This document shows positions 17,928-26,666 of a DNA stretch of 64,000 nucleotides, one piece after another (the first letter of the stretch is position 1; each line of letters starts with the position of its first letter). The position numbers were made by a program, and so were the translations under genes. The notes below the pieces were generated by a model that made no database searches, was not told where the DNA came from, and saw nothing but the letters and a program-made list of their open reading frames with translations. The stretch spans positions 64,001-128,000 of the IMG/VR virus record IMGVR_UViG_3300042564_004498; one strand, given 5' to 3'. This DNA is from a virus.

Positions 17928-18205
17928 TTTGTTTCTAACGCCTCCATTTTAGATTTATTAATAAGATGTTCTGCCAGTGTGTAATTATCAACATTAGTTG
18001 TGATAATTGAATTAACCAAGTGTTTGTGAGGAACATGAACTAAAAAATCAGTTCCGTTAAAGAATGTTAAATCATTCTTAAGTTCAATACAACCTTGAAC
18101 CATTTTCAAAAACAGTTTGAATTGAGTCGCGTTTACAAATGTTTCGCTCAAAAGTACACCGAATGTTTCGTGTTGAATCTTAATGTTATGTGAGTTCATG
18201 TTCAT
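17924..18205 (-). CDS. hypothetical protein
   Basis: 93 aa; host-type promoter upstream. Confidence 0.7.
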   Translation of the reverse strand: MNMNSHNIKIQHETFGVLLSETFVNATQFKLFLKMVQGCIELKNDLTFFNGTDFLVHVPHKHLVNSIITTNVDNYTLAEHLINKSKMEALETK

Positions 18206-18264
18206 ATCCCTTTGTTTAGATTACAAAGATAAACATTATTTCTTTAGTAAAAAAATAATTAAAC

Positions 18265-18298
18265 AAAAAAAGGTGTTACATCACTGTAACACCTTCTT
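18265..18298 (-). terminator. intrinsic terminator ending the large ncRNA
   Basis: AAGGTGTTACA-gtga-TGTAACACCTT followed by a T run. Confidence 0.85.
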
Positions 18299-18299
18299 G

Positions 18300-19165
18300 G
18301 CTAATACGATGAGAATACTCGTCTTATTGAGAATCTTTAGAAGGATTATTGTTTCCCTTCGTTTCCACTATCTTTTGGATAGTAATCCTCATTGCCGATT
18401 AGTTAGACTAATCACTCCTTAAGGTAATAACCACTCTCTTACTACTCTACTCTCTTCAACCTTGCGAGCTAACTCAGGATTCGACTCCTTAGAGGTTTTT
18501 GGTAAAAATACGATTGAACTTGGGATTCTTTCGTGCCACGGACCGCCCGTGACTGTGTAGGCAACTTTCGTTATCACCTGACGAACACTTTTCCGTTTTT
18601 CTGTTAGTTTTTCACCTATTGAAAAGTTTGGTTTGTGTTGTGGATGAGTCCAAGTAGAGGTCCGTCTTAGGCTTCGTTATCTTTTGAACAACAAAATACC
18701 TGTCTACTCGGTGAGATATCCCTATCTCCATATTTTAAGATTACTTCAAACGAACACCTTGGTAGATGTTTTGTAAGGTTAGTAGCGACACCACTCGTTC
18801 TCTAACTTACCTTTCGGTTTTAAGTCCCCTCTCATATTGGAGTCCGCAATAATATTGTTGGAACAATATTTTTTGCTTGACCCCTGTGACTTATTCTTAT
18901 TGTTTTTCCAAACTCAGTTCAGGAACCCACATTCCCAAACCATCCAACCACTTTCCCTAAAGCGTCGCCCTCAATACTCAAGGTCGGATGATATGTCACT
19001 TGTATACTCGAGTTCCATTTCTGAAACCGCAATCCTGTTAACACAACAGGTTCACTTTATCCCCCTTTCGAGGTTTATTTGACGACCATATACAGCCGAT
19101 TATCGTTTATTAAATTAGTCTCAATGTCAACCCGAAGGTCTTGATATCAACATCTAAATGGATAA
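18300..19165 (-). ncRNA. GOLLD-like large structured RNA (~870 nt)
   Basis: GC-elevated, no credible ORF, GNRA/UUCG hairpins (CCUC-GAAA-GGGG, ACC-GAAA-GGU, GACC-UUCG-GGUU, CUC-GCAA-GG). The 3' part GAGUAG..AGAGUGGUU..GUGGAAACGAAGGGAAACAAUAAUCCUUC..GUAUUCUCA resembles the GOLLD 3' domain as I recall it; next to tRNAs; ends approximate. Confidence 0.8.
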
Positions 19166-19170
19166 TAATA

Positions 19171-19183
19171 TTTTCAAAGAACG
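19171..19183 (-). promoter_or_regulatory. boxA-like antitermination motif
   Basis: CGTTCTTTGAAAA just before the large RNA; second copy AGTTCTTTAAAA at 19762-19773 before the tRNAs. Confidence 0.6.
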
Positions 19184-19590
19184 TAATTCATATTAATGAA
19201 GGAAAGGTCAACCTTACCGAAGTGGGATTTTAACCCTTCCTTCATTTCAATTGTTTTACAAAGGTAGATGAAAGTTTTGACACTGTCAAATTTTTATAAA
19301 ACTTTTTTCTAACAATCTTACTCTGTTACTACCGATAGTGAGATTTGATTTCGGTGATTGTTAAAGACCAAATAGTGTTACCCGTTTGGTTTACAAAGAT
19401 AAGAAAGTTTTTTTGAACTGTCAAATCTTTTTTTAGAAATTTTGTGTTTATTTTTTTAATGACCAAAGTCAAAAACCATATTTTATAACACACCCTCTTT
19501 CATGGTCTTGGGGTTATCTCCAATTGTTTTACAAAGATATGAATAACTTTTCAATTAATCAAACACTTTTTAAAACTTTTTTTTAATTAG

Positions 19591-19663
19591 TAGCGGGAGA
19601 AGGACTCGAACCTCCGACCTTATGGTTATGAGCCACACGAGCTGCCAACTGCTCTATCCCACG
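19591..19663 (-). tRNA. tRNA-Met(CAU), initiator-like; CCA not encoded
   Basis: Full cloverleaf CGTGGGATAGAGCAGTTGGCAGCTCGTGTGGCTCATAACCATAAGGTCGGAGGTTCGAGTCCTTCTCCCGCTA; C1:U72 mismatch. Confidence 0.9.
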
Positions 19664-19677
19664 ATGTTTGTTGTTAG

Positions 19678-19750
19678 TTGCGTAGGGCCGGAAACGAACC
19701 GACTTGGACTGGCTTATGAGACCAGTGAGATACCTTACCTCCCCCTCGCG
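19678..19750 (-). tRNA. atypical tRNA(CAU) or tRNA-like RNA
   Basis: Anticodon arm CTGGT-CTCATAA-GCCAG; T arm GTCGG-TTCGTTT-CCGGC; C1:A72 mismatch; bulged acceptor stem. Confidence 0.7.
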
Positions 19751-20020
19751 ATATATCATTATTTTAAAGAACTTCAGATAAAAAATCCCACAAGCTACAA
19801 GGGTTTTCTCAAACTCACACTTGCGGGATTTGTTTCACAAAGATAGGAAAGTTTTTTTGAACTGTCAAATCTTTTTTTAACCGCGAAACATTTTCTGGGG
19901 TGTTTGTCCTTTCGGACATGAACATATAAATATGTCCTTTTTTTTAAAAATACAATAATATTATTGAAATGTCAAATAAAAATTCAAATACTATTATGTT
20001 TTCTAAAGTATTTATTTGAT

Positions 20021-20374
20021 ATGAAGGTAAGAATTAACGATAACAGTTTTAATGTAAAAACATTAATTGATAGAGAATCCCAATCAATTGGGATGATGGG
20101 TAAAGCATTTGATGGAACTTTTAATGGATTGTTATTCTTAATGGATGGTAAGAAACAATGTTTTTGGATGAAGGGTTGTGTAATTCCATTAGACATAATC
20201 ATTATAAAGAACAATGTGATTGTAAATATACATCACGATTGTCCTCCATGTAATAATGAATTTGATTGTCCTTCCTATTGTGGAAACGGTAATATTGTAT
20301 TAGAACTTGAGGGTGGTTCTTGTGAAATCCTCAACATTCAACCGGGTGATAGTATCACTTACGACTTATCTTAA
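20021..20374 (+). CDS. DUF192 family protein
   Basis: GMMG..GLLF..FWMK..IPLDII..VLELEGG..IQPGD; start reassigned to 20021. Confidence 0.85.
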   Translation: MKVRINDNSFNVKTLIDRESQSIGMMGKAFDGTFNGLLFLMDGKKQCFWMKGCVIPLDIIIIKNNVIVNIHHDCPPCNNEFDCPSYCGNGNIVLELEGGSCEILNIQPGDSITYDLS

Positions 20375-21783
20375 TCCTCCGAAGAATTTTTAGACTCCTC
20401 AATTTTTTTCTTTAATACTTTTTGAAATTCAGTAGCAATCATTTTTGTAAACTTAACTGATGGTGAATCATCTTTCTCAGAATCATACTTATACTTACCT
20501 TGTGGTGGTCTTTTACCTCTACCTAAATAATTAAGTCCTGAGATATTGGTAATACATTTGTGACCACCAGAATTAGACTGAATTAAATCCCAAGCATTAA
20601 TACCAATTTTATCCATCAATTCAAGTTCTTGTTCAGATAATTCATTGAATGGTTTTTCCATCATTCTTTCAATTTTTCCTAAGGCTTCTTCTCCACCGTC
20701 CATGAATACAAATTTTCCACCGTAAAGAGCGTCAAAGTCTTTAAAAGTAAAACCAACACTTTCAGGTCCAGCACTTGTTTCACTAACCCATTTCATAGTT
20801 GACAAAGGAATTTTCCTATCCTTTAATTGAGATTCCCATCTAACCAAAACTTCTTGAGCTATCTCCCCAAGATTAACCCCTTTAAGTTCTCTTTCTTTTT
20901 TAAACGGATTACAAGATGCTTGAACAAGACCCATCGGCCAAGCCATGATAAGAAAATCCGCCTCAGGATTATTTCTGAATGGTGTATATCTGTCGTAAGA
21001 CCCAGGCTTAAACATACTACCCCCACCGTATTGAAAAATAATGTTATCAGACACTGTTGGATAGTCTGCCATTTTGTCTGCATAATCTTGTGCATTTTTT
21101 TGTAAGTCTTCAGGTTTGGCGGCATTTGTTTTTGTCATCCAAGCTCTAATGTTATTTAGTATAGACAATAAAGAAGGTTCAGAATCCATAACCAATCCTT
21201 CTAAAAATCCTGGTTTGTTTTTAAAAGCTAAAAGTAATTTGTTTATTACTAAACCTAATAACATTTTATTCTTTTGTAATGAAGAGTCTTTATCTATTCT
21301 GTAGATATAATTAACCACTTCTTTTGGTGTAATATCATGTTTTGCATAATCCGCAGAATCCACGGTATTAATCAATAATATATCAGATGATGGGAATAAA
21401 TCTGTTGGTGAAACTACTTGAGAAATAGTCTCAACATTTGAACGAGCCCCTCTAAATTGTTTGGAGGTACCCTTTTCAACACCAACTTGTTTATCGTGAT
21501 GGTCTGTGTGAATCACAAACATTGGTTTACCATGAGCAAAATCTACTAGAACAGGCATTGTATCCCCTTGAGCGTCATTCTTTTTAACCGAGAACTCCTT
21601 ATCACCATATTGTATAATATGGGCACCAACAACATCAATACCGTTGTCTTCAAGGTATTTTTTCATCGCAATCGCTGTTGTTACCCCATCAAGGTCTTGG
21701 TGAAAATAAATCTCAGCTTTTTGATATCTTTTCTTTAAGGCGTTGATATTTCTCAACCCTGATTCTGATATAATTCTTTTCAT
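20371..21783 (-). CDS. DHH/DHHA1-family phosphoesterase with N-terminal tag
   Basis: HQDLDG, VLVD, TDHH, GGH; N-terminus MKRIISES. Confidence 0.8.
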   Translation of the reverse strand: MKRIISESGLRNINALKKRYQKAEIYFHQDLDGVTTAIAMKKYLEDNGIDVVGAHIIQYGDKEFSVKKNDAQGDTMPVLVDFAHGKPMFVIHTDHHDKQVGVEKGTSKQFRGARSNVETISQVVSPTDLFPSSDILLINTVDSADYAKHDITPKEVVNYIYRIDKDSSLQKNKMLLGLVINKLLLAFKNKPGFLEGLVMDSEPSLLSILNNIRAWMTKTNAAKPEDLQKNAQDYADKMADYPTVSDNIIFQYGGGSMFKPGSYDRYTPFRNNPEADFLIMAWPMGLVQASCNPFKKERELKGVNLGEIAQEVLVRWESQLKDRKIPLSTMKWVSETSAGPESVGFTFKDFDALYGGKFVFMDGGEEALGKIERMMEKPFNELSEQELELMDKIGINAWDLIQSNSGGHKCITNISGLNYLGRGKRPPQGKYKYDSEKDDSPSVKFTKMIATEFQKVLKKKIEESKNSSED

Positions 21784-21786
21784 AAA

Positions 21787-22134
21787 TTAAAATAATTTAC
21801 TTATCCAAGCAACAGCTTTATCAATAATGTCTTGGTCCAATCCTAATTTATGTAATGCTGTATATGTGTCAGGTCCTGGAATTCCGTCAGGGTTAATATT
21901 CTCTTTTTCTTGGAATTTTTTAAGAGCGTTAACCGTAGTTGGTCCCCATTTTTCATCCACAGGTATTTGGAATAATTTACCATTCACCCCAACTTTTTTC
22001 ATTTTAAAATAATCATTAAGAGCCGTTTGTAATTCAAACACTTCTTGACTACTTAGTTGATTTTGTTCTTTAATAACTCTTCTAACTAATTTAGTTAAAT
22101 CTGATTCTGTTAATCTTATAATTCTTTTTGCCAT
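21787..22134 (-). CDS. peptidoglycan-binding domain protein with N-terminal tag
   Basis: LQTALN..D..WGPTT..ALKKFQ..PDGIPGPDT; MAKRIIRLTESDL. Confidence 0.85.
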   Translation of the reverse strand: MAKRIIRLTESDLTKLVRRVIKEQNQLSSQEVFELQTALNDYFKMKKVGVNGKLFQIPVDEKWGPTTVNALKKFQEKENINPDGIPGPDTYTALHKLGLDQDIIDKAVAWISKLF

Positions 22135-22157
22135 TTTATTTTTTAATTTGTATTAAT

Positions 22158-23222
22158 TTACATTCCAGGGATTGGATTTACTTGTCCCGTGAATAAACCT
22201 CTTAAGAATTTAGCGAATGGGTCACCTGTGACATTGTCACTTGACACACTCTGTGATATATCATCTGCGGTATTTTTGATAGGGTCTACTGGTGAGTTTC
22301 CTTCTTTAAACGATTGATTAAAATATTCTTTAGATTCGGGAGTTTTCTGATAATCTTCCATTGACTTAATCATTTCATTTTCACTACCTAATTTTTTAAT
22401 AACTTCTTCCGCTCCTACCCAATTTCCAATACCAATATAATCCAAGAACCCTAACCACCATTTGGTTTGCTGCATCATAATCTTTAATCTTCTACCTTCA
22501 GGGCTTCGGAACACTCTTGGAATTCCTCCGAAGAATGTTTGACTCAAAAATCCAGGTTTAGATAGTGCCGCAACATCAAATACTTTACTATCTTTCATCA
22601 AATCTTTAAGTGCCTGAATATCATGAATTTTAGCTTTACCTAACTTCATGTCGGCTTCTAATGATTTTGCCAAACCACTAACACCTTTACTTTTAGTACC
22701 CGCTCTACCCAATAAAGTGAAATAATCCATAATAGTGTTCTTCATACCTTTGAATGGTCCCACAGGAAGTTCTTTTAAAAAACTATTAACTTTTTCTGCC
22801 CATCCACCAGTACCACCAGCACTTTGTAAGAATTTACCAACAGGTCCTGGGTCTTTAGCAAGACTTGAAATCATTTCAGTTGCTTTTGCAGGATTAGTTT
22901 TAGATAGTTTTATTGCCGCTTCTAATTCTTTTGTTGCTTTGGAGCCAATTTTCATTGCTCCCATAACAGGCTTAGCGACAATGTCACCAACAAAAAATGG
23001 AACCGCAGCTACTAAACTTAAGACACCAAAAAGGGTATCTCCTTGTATAAAATAAGAAATAGCATTGATTGAATCGGTGATTGGTGTTGGGTCTATGATA
23101 CCGACAATATCCATCACATTGTTATACCACGCCTCATTAATTGTTTTCTCACCATTTTTATCTTTAATGATGGATTCTTTAATTAATTTTAATTGGTGTT
23201 CAGTAATTATAATTTCACTCAT
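22158..23222 (-). CDS. tagged protein with pre-toxin TG-like hydrophobic domain
   Basis: MSEIIITEHQL; DIVGIIDPT..DSINAISYFIQGD..GVLSLVAAVPFFVG. Confidence 0.7.
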   Translation of the reverse strand: MSEIIITEHQLKLIKESIIKDKNGEKTINEAWYNNVMDIVGIIDPTPITDSINAISYFIQGDTLFGVLSLVAAVPFFVGDIVAKPVMGAMKIGSKATKELEAAIKLSKTNPAKATEMISSLAKDPGPVGKFLQSAGGTGGWAEKVNSFLKELPVGPFKGMKNTIMDYFTLLGRAGTKSKGVSGLAKSLEADMKLGKAKIHDIQALKDLMKDSKVFDVAALSKPGFLSQTFFGGIPRVFRSPEGRRLKIMMQQTKWWLGFLDYIGIGNWVGAEEVIKKLGSENEMIKSMEDYQKTPESKEYFNQSFKEGNSPVDPIKNTADDISQSVSSDNVTGDPFAKFLRGLFTGQVNPIPGM

Positions 23223-23254
23223 TTAATCTTTTATTAATAAATATTCGTAGAAAC

Positions 23255-23279
23255 AAAAAAAAGGGTCAATGACCCTTTT
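23255..23279 (-). terminator. intrinsic terminator
   Basis: AAAAGGGTCA-t-TGACCCTTTTTTTT. Confidence 0.7.
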
Positions 23280-23280
23280 A

Positions 23281-24129
23281 TTATAAATCTAATTCTATTT
23301 GTTTGTTTTTATCTATAAAGTGTTGAACTCTATCAGTGGCCACTTTGGTATAATTCTCACTTAATTCAATCCCTATCCATCGTCTTCCACTTACTTCAGC
23401 AGCAACTAAACTAGTACCACTACCTGTGAATGGGTCCAAAACAATATCATTCCTATATGTTAATATTTTGATTGCCTTTAATGGTATATCCATTGAGAAT
23501 GTCGCTTTGGTTTGTTGTTTAGTATCTGCAAAATATTCCCATTGTCCATATACTAAACTCATAAACTCTTTCTTATCCTCATCTTGATACATCATCTTTT
23601 GTTTAATAGTACCATCCTCTTGTTCTAAATCAACCAATTCTCCTTTCCATTGTGATTCACCCTTAACCTTTTTAATACGGTCTTTCTTATAGGCCAATAC
23701 TACACACTCTTTTGGATTATAAATGTATGGACTACTTGGTGACATCCATGAACCCCAAGCTGTGGTTTTACTTCTGTGTGGTGAGTTCTCATCAAGGTCT
23801 ACAAGCCCATAGAATTTAAATCCAACTTTCTTCATCACCGCCCAAAATTCAGACATAAATAATACTCTACCACCTCTATCTTGTACATTTACTTCATAAG
23901 GTATGTTTATTGCAACTCTACCATCATCTTTTATTAACCGATATGCCTGTGTCAACCATTGTTCTGTAAATTCCCAATACTCATCCATCATCATTCTATC
24001 GTCATGACTATCATAATCAATACCAACATTATATGGTGGAGAGGTTACAATTAAATCAATAGTTGACTCAGGAAGTTTAGCCATCTCAACAATACAATCT
24101 CCTTGAATAATTCTTTTTGTTTCTAACAT
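23281..24129 (-). CDS. N4-C/N6-A DNA methyltransferase (beta class)
   Basis: TSPPY followed by LDPFTGSGT. Confidence 0.9.
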   Translation of the reverse strand: MLETKRIIQGDCIVEMAKLPESTIDLIVTSPPYNVGIDYDSHDDRMMMDEYWEFTEQWLTQAYRLIKDDGRVAINIPYEVNVQDRGGRVLFMSEFWAVMKKVGFKFYGLVDLDENSPHRSKTTAWGSWMSPSSPYIYNPKECVVLAYKKDRIKKVKGESQWKGELVDLEQEDGTIKQKMMYQDEDKKEFMSLVYGQWEYFADTKQQTKATFSMDIPLKAIKILTYRNDIVLDPFTGSGTSLVAAEVSGRRWIGIELSENYTKVATDRVQHFIDKNKQIELDL

Positions 24130-24530
24130 TATAATTTACCTTCTTGTTTTAATTGTTCTCTTATTTTGGTGGCTGAGATATCACTCACTTCTTGAGGTGG
24201 TAAATGCTCTATTATATCGTAACCAACTCCTCTTCCAAAATTTACCGATTCAACATCAGGGATTACCATAACCTTAACTCTTCCCTCAATAATTAAATCA
24301 TATAACTTGATAAGGATATTTTCATAAACTTCTTGTGCTGTGAATGGGTTCTGTTCGTTAGGTTCTATGTCTCTAACACAGATTAAAACATTCTTACCTT
24401 GTTCAAGTCTTTGGTCTATCAACCATCTGTGCCCATCGTGCCATGGTTGCCATCTTCCAATAAACATTGAGAATTGTTTACCAGGGTTATTTTTTAATTT
24501 TGGGTCTCCTTCTATGTGTATCTTTTCCAT
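24129..24530 (-). CDS. HxGH nucleotidyltransferase
   Basis: GRWQPWHDGH, ISATKIR; start reassigned to MEKIH. Confidence 0.8.
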   Translation of the reverse strand: MEKIHIEGDPKLKNNPGKQFSMFIGRWQPWHDGHRWLIDQRLEQGKNVLICVRDIEPNEQNPFTAQEVYENILIKLYDLIIEGRVKVMVIPDVESVNFGRGVGYDIIEHLPPQEVSDISATKIREQLKQEGKL

Positions 24531-24531
24531 A

Positions 24532-24963
24532 TTATTTTTTAAATATTTTTTCAACACATTCGGCAACAGTGATGTTGTCGGTGCACATGTCAATGTAATT
24601 TTCTGTTGGTGGTTCATAGTCTTGAACAAAGAATTGTTCCCTACCTCTTACCTCTGAAGTATAAACATAAACTTCTTTTATTGCATTTTCAAGTTTCTCT
24701 TTGAATGCATCTCTTTGTCCTTTGTAAGGAGACACTAATGATACTAAAACATTTTGTCCTTTGGAGTGAAGATATTGAGCCAAATGTTGAGCTAATTGTA
24801 TATTCTTCATTCGTCCTTCTTTTGAATAATCTTTATTATCAAATAATTCTCTAATATCATCACCATCAATATGGTACCAATTATTGAAGTACCTTAACTC
24901 CATAATTGATTTTGCCAATGTTGTCTTACCTGCACCAGGTTGTCCTGTTAACCAATAAATCAT
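24532..24963 (-). CDS. cysC: adenylylsulfate kinase-like P-loop kinase
   Basis: WLTGQPGAGKTT, IDGDDIR, SLVSPY, YEPP. Confidence 0.8.
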   Translation of the reverse strand: MIYWLTGQPGAGKTTLAKSIMELRYFNNWYHIDGDDIRELFDNKDYSKEGRMKNIQLAQHLAQYLHSKGQNVLVSLVSPYKGQRDAFKEKLENAIKEVYVYTSEVRGREQFFVQDYEPPTENYIDMCTDNITVAECVEKIFKK

Positions 24964-25190
24964 TTTTCTAAGTTTTTAATTTTTCTCTCCAAATACCATA
25001 AAGCTTTCTTTAAATCTTGGAGTTCTTTATCCGAGTCTTTTTTACCCGCTCTCGCAACATACTTAACAACATTGAAGATGTAAGCATCTTTATCAAGCCC
25101 CCAAGCCTCGCAAACTTTTACAACTTCATATGGATTATCCTGACCACCGTAATGTTCTGGGTGGTTAACCATTTCTTTATTTTTACTCAT
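24960..25190 (-). CDS. DUF3310 (SaV-like) protein
   Basis: VNHPEHY..NVVKYVARAGKK..DLKKALWYL. Confidence 0.9.
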   Translation of the reverse strand: MSKNKEMVNHPEHYGGQDNPYEVVKVCEAWGLDKDAYIFNVVKYVARAGKKDSDKELQDLKKALWYLERKIKNLEK

Positions 25191-25408
25191 AATTTCACTA
25201 TGTAATATTTCCCCAATTTAAGAGACTTTTTATGGCCATTTCTAACAGAAAACAATGGTTTTGTGGTCACATTAATTCCAAACCCATTATTAAATCTAAT
25301 AGACCATCCTGATGGTGAAGTACTAAATAAAATAGAATAATCAAATACTCTAATCACAGTTTGACTACAACCACTACCAATATAATATGTTTTCTTAGAT
25401 ATACACAT
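25187..25408 (-). CDS. hypothetical protein
   Basis: 73 aa ORF in operon. Confidence 0.6.
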   Translation of the reverse strand: MCISKKTYYIGSGCSQTVIRVFDYSILFSTSPSGWSIRFNNGFGINVTTKPLFSVRNGHKKSLKLGKYYIVKL

Positions 25409-25413
25409 AATGA

Positions 25414-25641
25414 TTATTGGTTATCACTTCGTTTTCCTCTCTTAGTCGGTACTTGGTCGGTTACTTGGTCGGTTACTTGGTCGGTCTTTTTAACTTTACC
25501 TCTGTATTCTTTCCAATCTGATTTTGGTGTGTAAGCCCAGTTACCACCTTTTACTCTAATTCCAGCGTCATAGTCGGTAGTTCTCATAACTTCCCCTAAT
25601 TCTCTACCTTTTGTTTGTCTAATTAATTTAATGCACTTCAT
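25414..25641 (-). CDS. hypothetical protein with TDQV x3 repeat
   Basis: 12-nt tandem repeat at 25451-25486. Confidence 0.65.
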   Translation of the reverse strand: MKCIKLIRQTKGRELGEVMRTTDYDAGIRVKGGNWAYTPKSDWKEYRGKVKKTDQVTDQVTDQVPTKRGKRSDNQ

Positions 25642-25843
25642 TGTTTCCTCCGTGTTTTTTATTGTTAATAATTATAAGAATTTCTTTATCTGACTTACCT
25701 TTACAATATAACTTATGAATAAAATCACCCATCTTATCTTCAAAGATTAAAGCATCACTCTTACCATAATATTGTTTTAGCCTACCATTGTTTAAAGCAT
25801 TAATACTTCCTTCAAGAGTAACCCATCGTTTATTAAATCCCAT
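25628..25843 (-). CDS. hypothetical protein
   Basis: 71 aa, MGFNKR. Confidence 0.65.
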   Translation of the reverse strand: MGFNKRWVTLEGSINALNNGRLKQYYGKSDALIFEDKMGDFIHKLYCKGKSDKEILIIINNKKHGGNNEVH

Positions 25844-25860
25844 AAGTAATTATAAGAAAC

Positions 25861-26640
25861 TTATTTTTCAGAGTCAAAGGAATTCATCTTTTCAAGGTTA
25901 ACAATTTGAAAAATGTATGCCATTAGTTTTCTTTTCATGATTGGAATCATGGTTTGTTCCATTGGTAGTTTTTGAGAACATTTCATCTCAAATATTGGAA
26001 GGTCTTTATAAGAATCTGTATGATTCCATTTTGTGAAAGTATTGATAACACTAGTTAGTGTCATCCCATTCAAAGTATTATCGTAAATTAAATTAATATA
26101 AGTTTTATTATTATGAGTATCCCCTTTTGGTTTTTTTATTTCATATTCCCAAACCATTAATTTTTCATTTTCTTTATCAAAATAAAACATATAACCCATA
26201 CCAGAGATTAATCCTTTTTTGTTTTTTTTAAGAAAAATGTCTGTACTATCATAGGCTAAATTCCATATTGATTTTGCAATATTAAACGCATCAAATAATT
26301 TTCCACCTGAAAATGTAAGAGTCTTATCTAACTCACTTTCTTCATCATTTGATAATTGTCTTGGTTTTTTTGAAATAAGTTCTTTAACAAGGATTTCATC
26401 ATCACACGACTCAAATTTTTTATTAGTCAGTAATAATGTATTTTCTTTAACAATAGATTGTAAGTTCGCCAAATGTAGCGACAATTCAACAAAGTCAGGA
26501 TATATTTCCAACTTATCAAATCCTTTTTCACATTTTTGTAAGTAATCTAATAAAGTATATTTGTTATATTCAAAATCAATAGGCTCTTTGAACATCCACT
26601 CAGGATTTAACTTAAATGATATTTTTTTCTTTCTTCCCAT
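25861..26640 (-). CDS. hypothetical protein
   Basis: 259 aa ORF. Confidence 0.8.
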   Translation of the reverse strand: MGRKKKISFKLNPEWMFKEPIDFEYNKYTLLDYLQKCEKGFDKLEIYPDFVELSLHLANLQSIVKENTLLLTNKKFESCDDEILVKELISKKPRQLSNDEESELDKTLTFSGGKLFDAFNIAKSIWNLAYDSTDIFLKKNKKGLISGMGYMFYFDKENEKLMVWEYEIKKPKGDTHNNKTYINLIYDNTLNGMTLTSVINTFTKWNHTDSYKDLPIFEMKCSQKLPMEQTMIPIMKRKLMAYIFQIVNLEKMNSFDSEK

Positions 26641-26666
26641 TTTTCAATAATACAATTAATGATAAA

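Larger units (their letters stand above)
19257..19879 (-). promoter_or_regulatory. array of four Bacteroidota-type promoters
   Basis: TTTG(ACA/ATT)-N-TA(C/T)CTTTG at about 19259-19290, 19394-19425, 19532-19563 and 19838-19869; copies at 19393-19435 and 19837-19879 differ at 1 of 43 nt. Confidence 0.8.

Noticed and set aside
18300-19165. rRNA fragment, tmRNA, RNase P or group I/II intron
   Set aside because: No recognisable universal motifs of these RNAs and no interrupted flanking gene; bounded by its own promoter and terminator
18183-19846. ORFs 18183..18422, 18837..19082 and 19622..19846
   Set aside because: Atypical composition; antisense to the structured RNA, tRNAs and terminator
25451-25486. 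12-nt tandem repeat as a regulatory element
   Set aside because: In-frame coding repeat (TDQV x3) in a low-complexity tail
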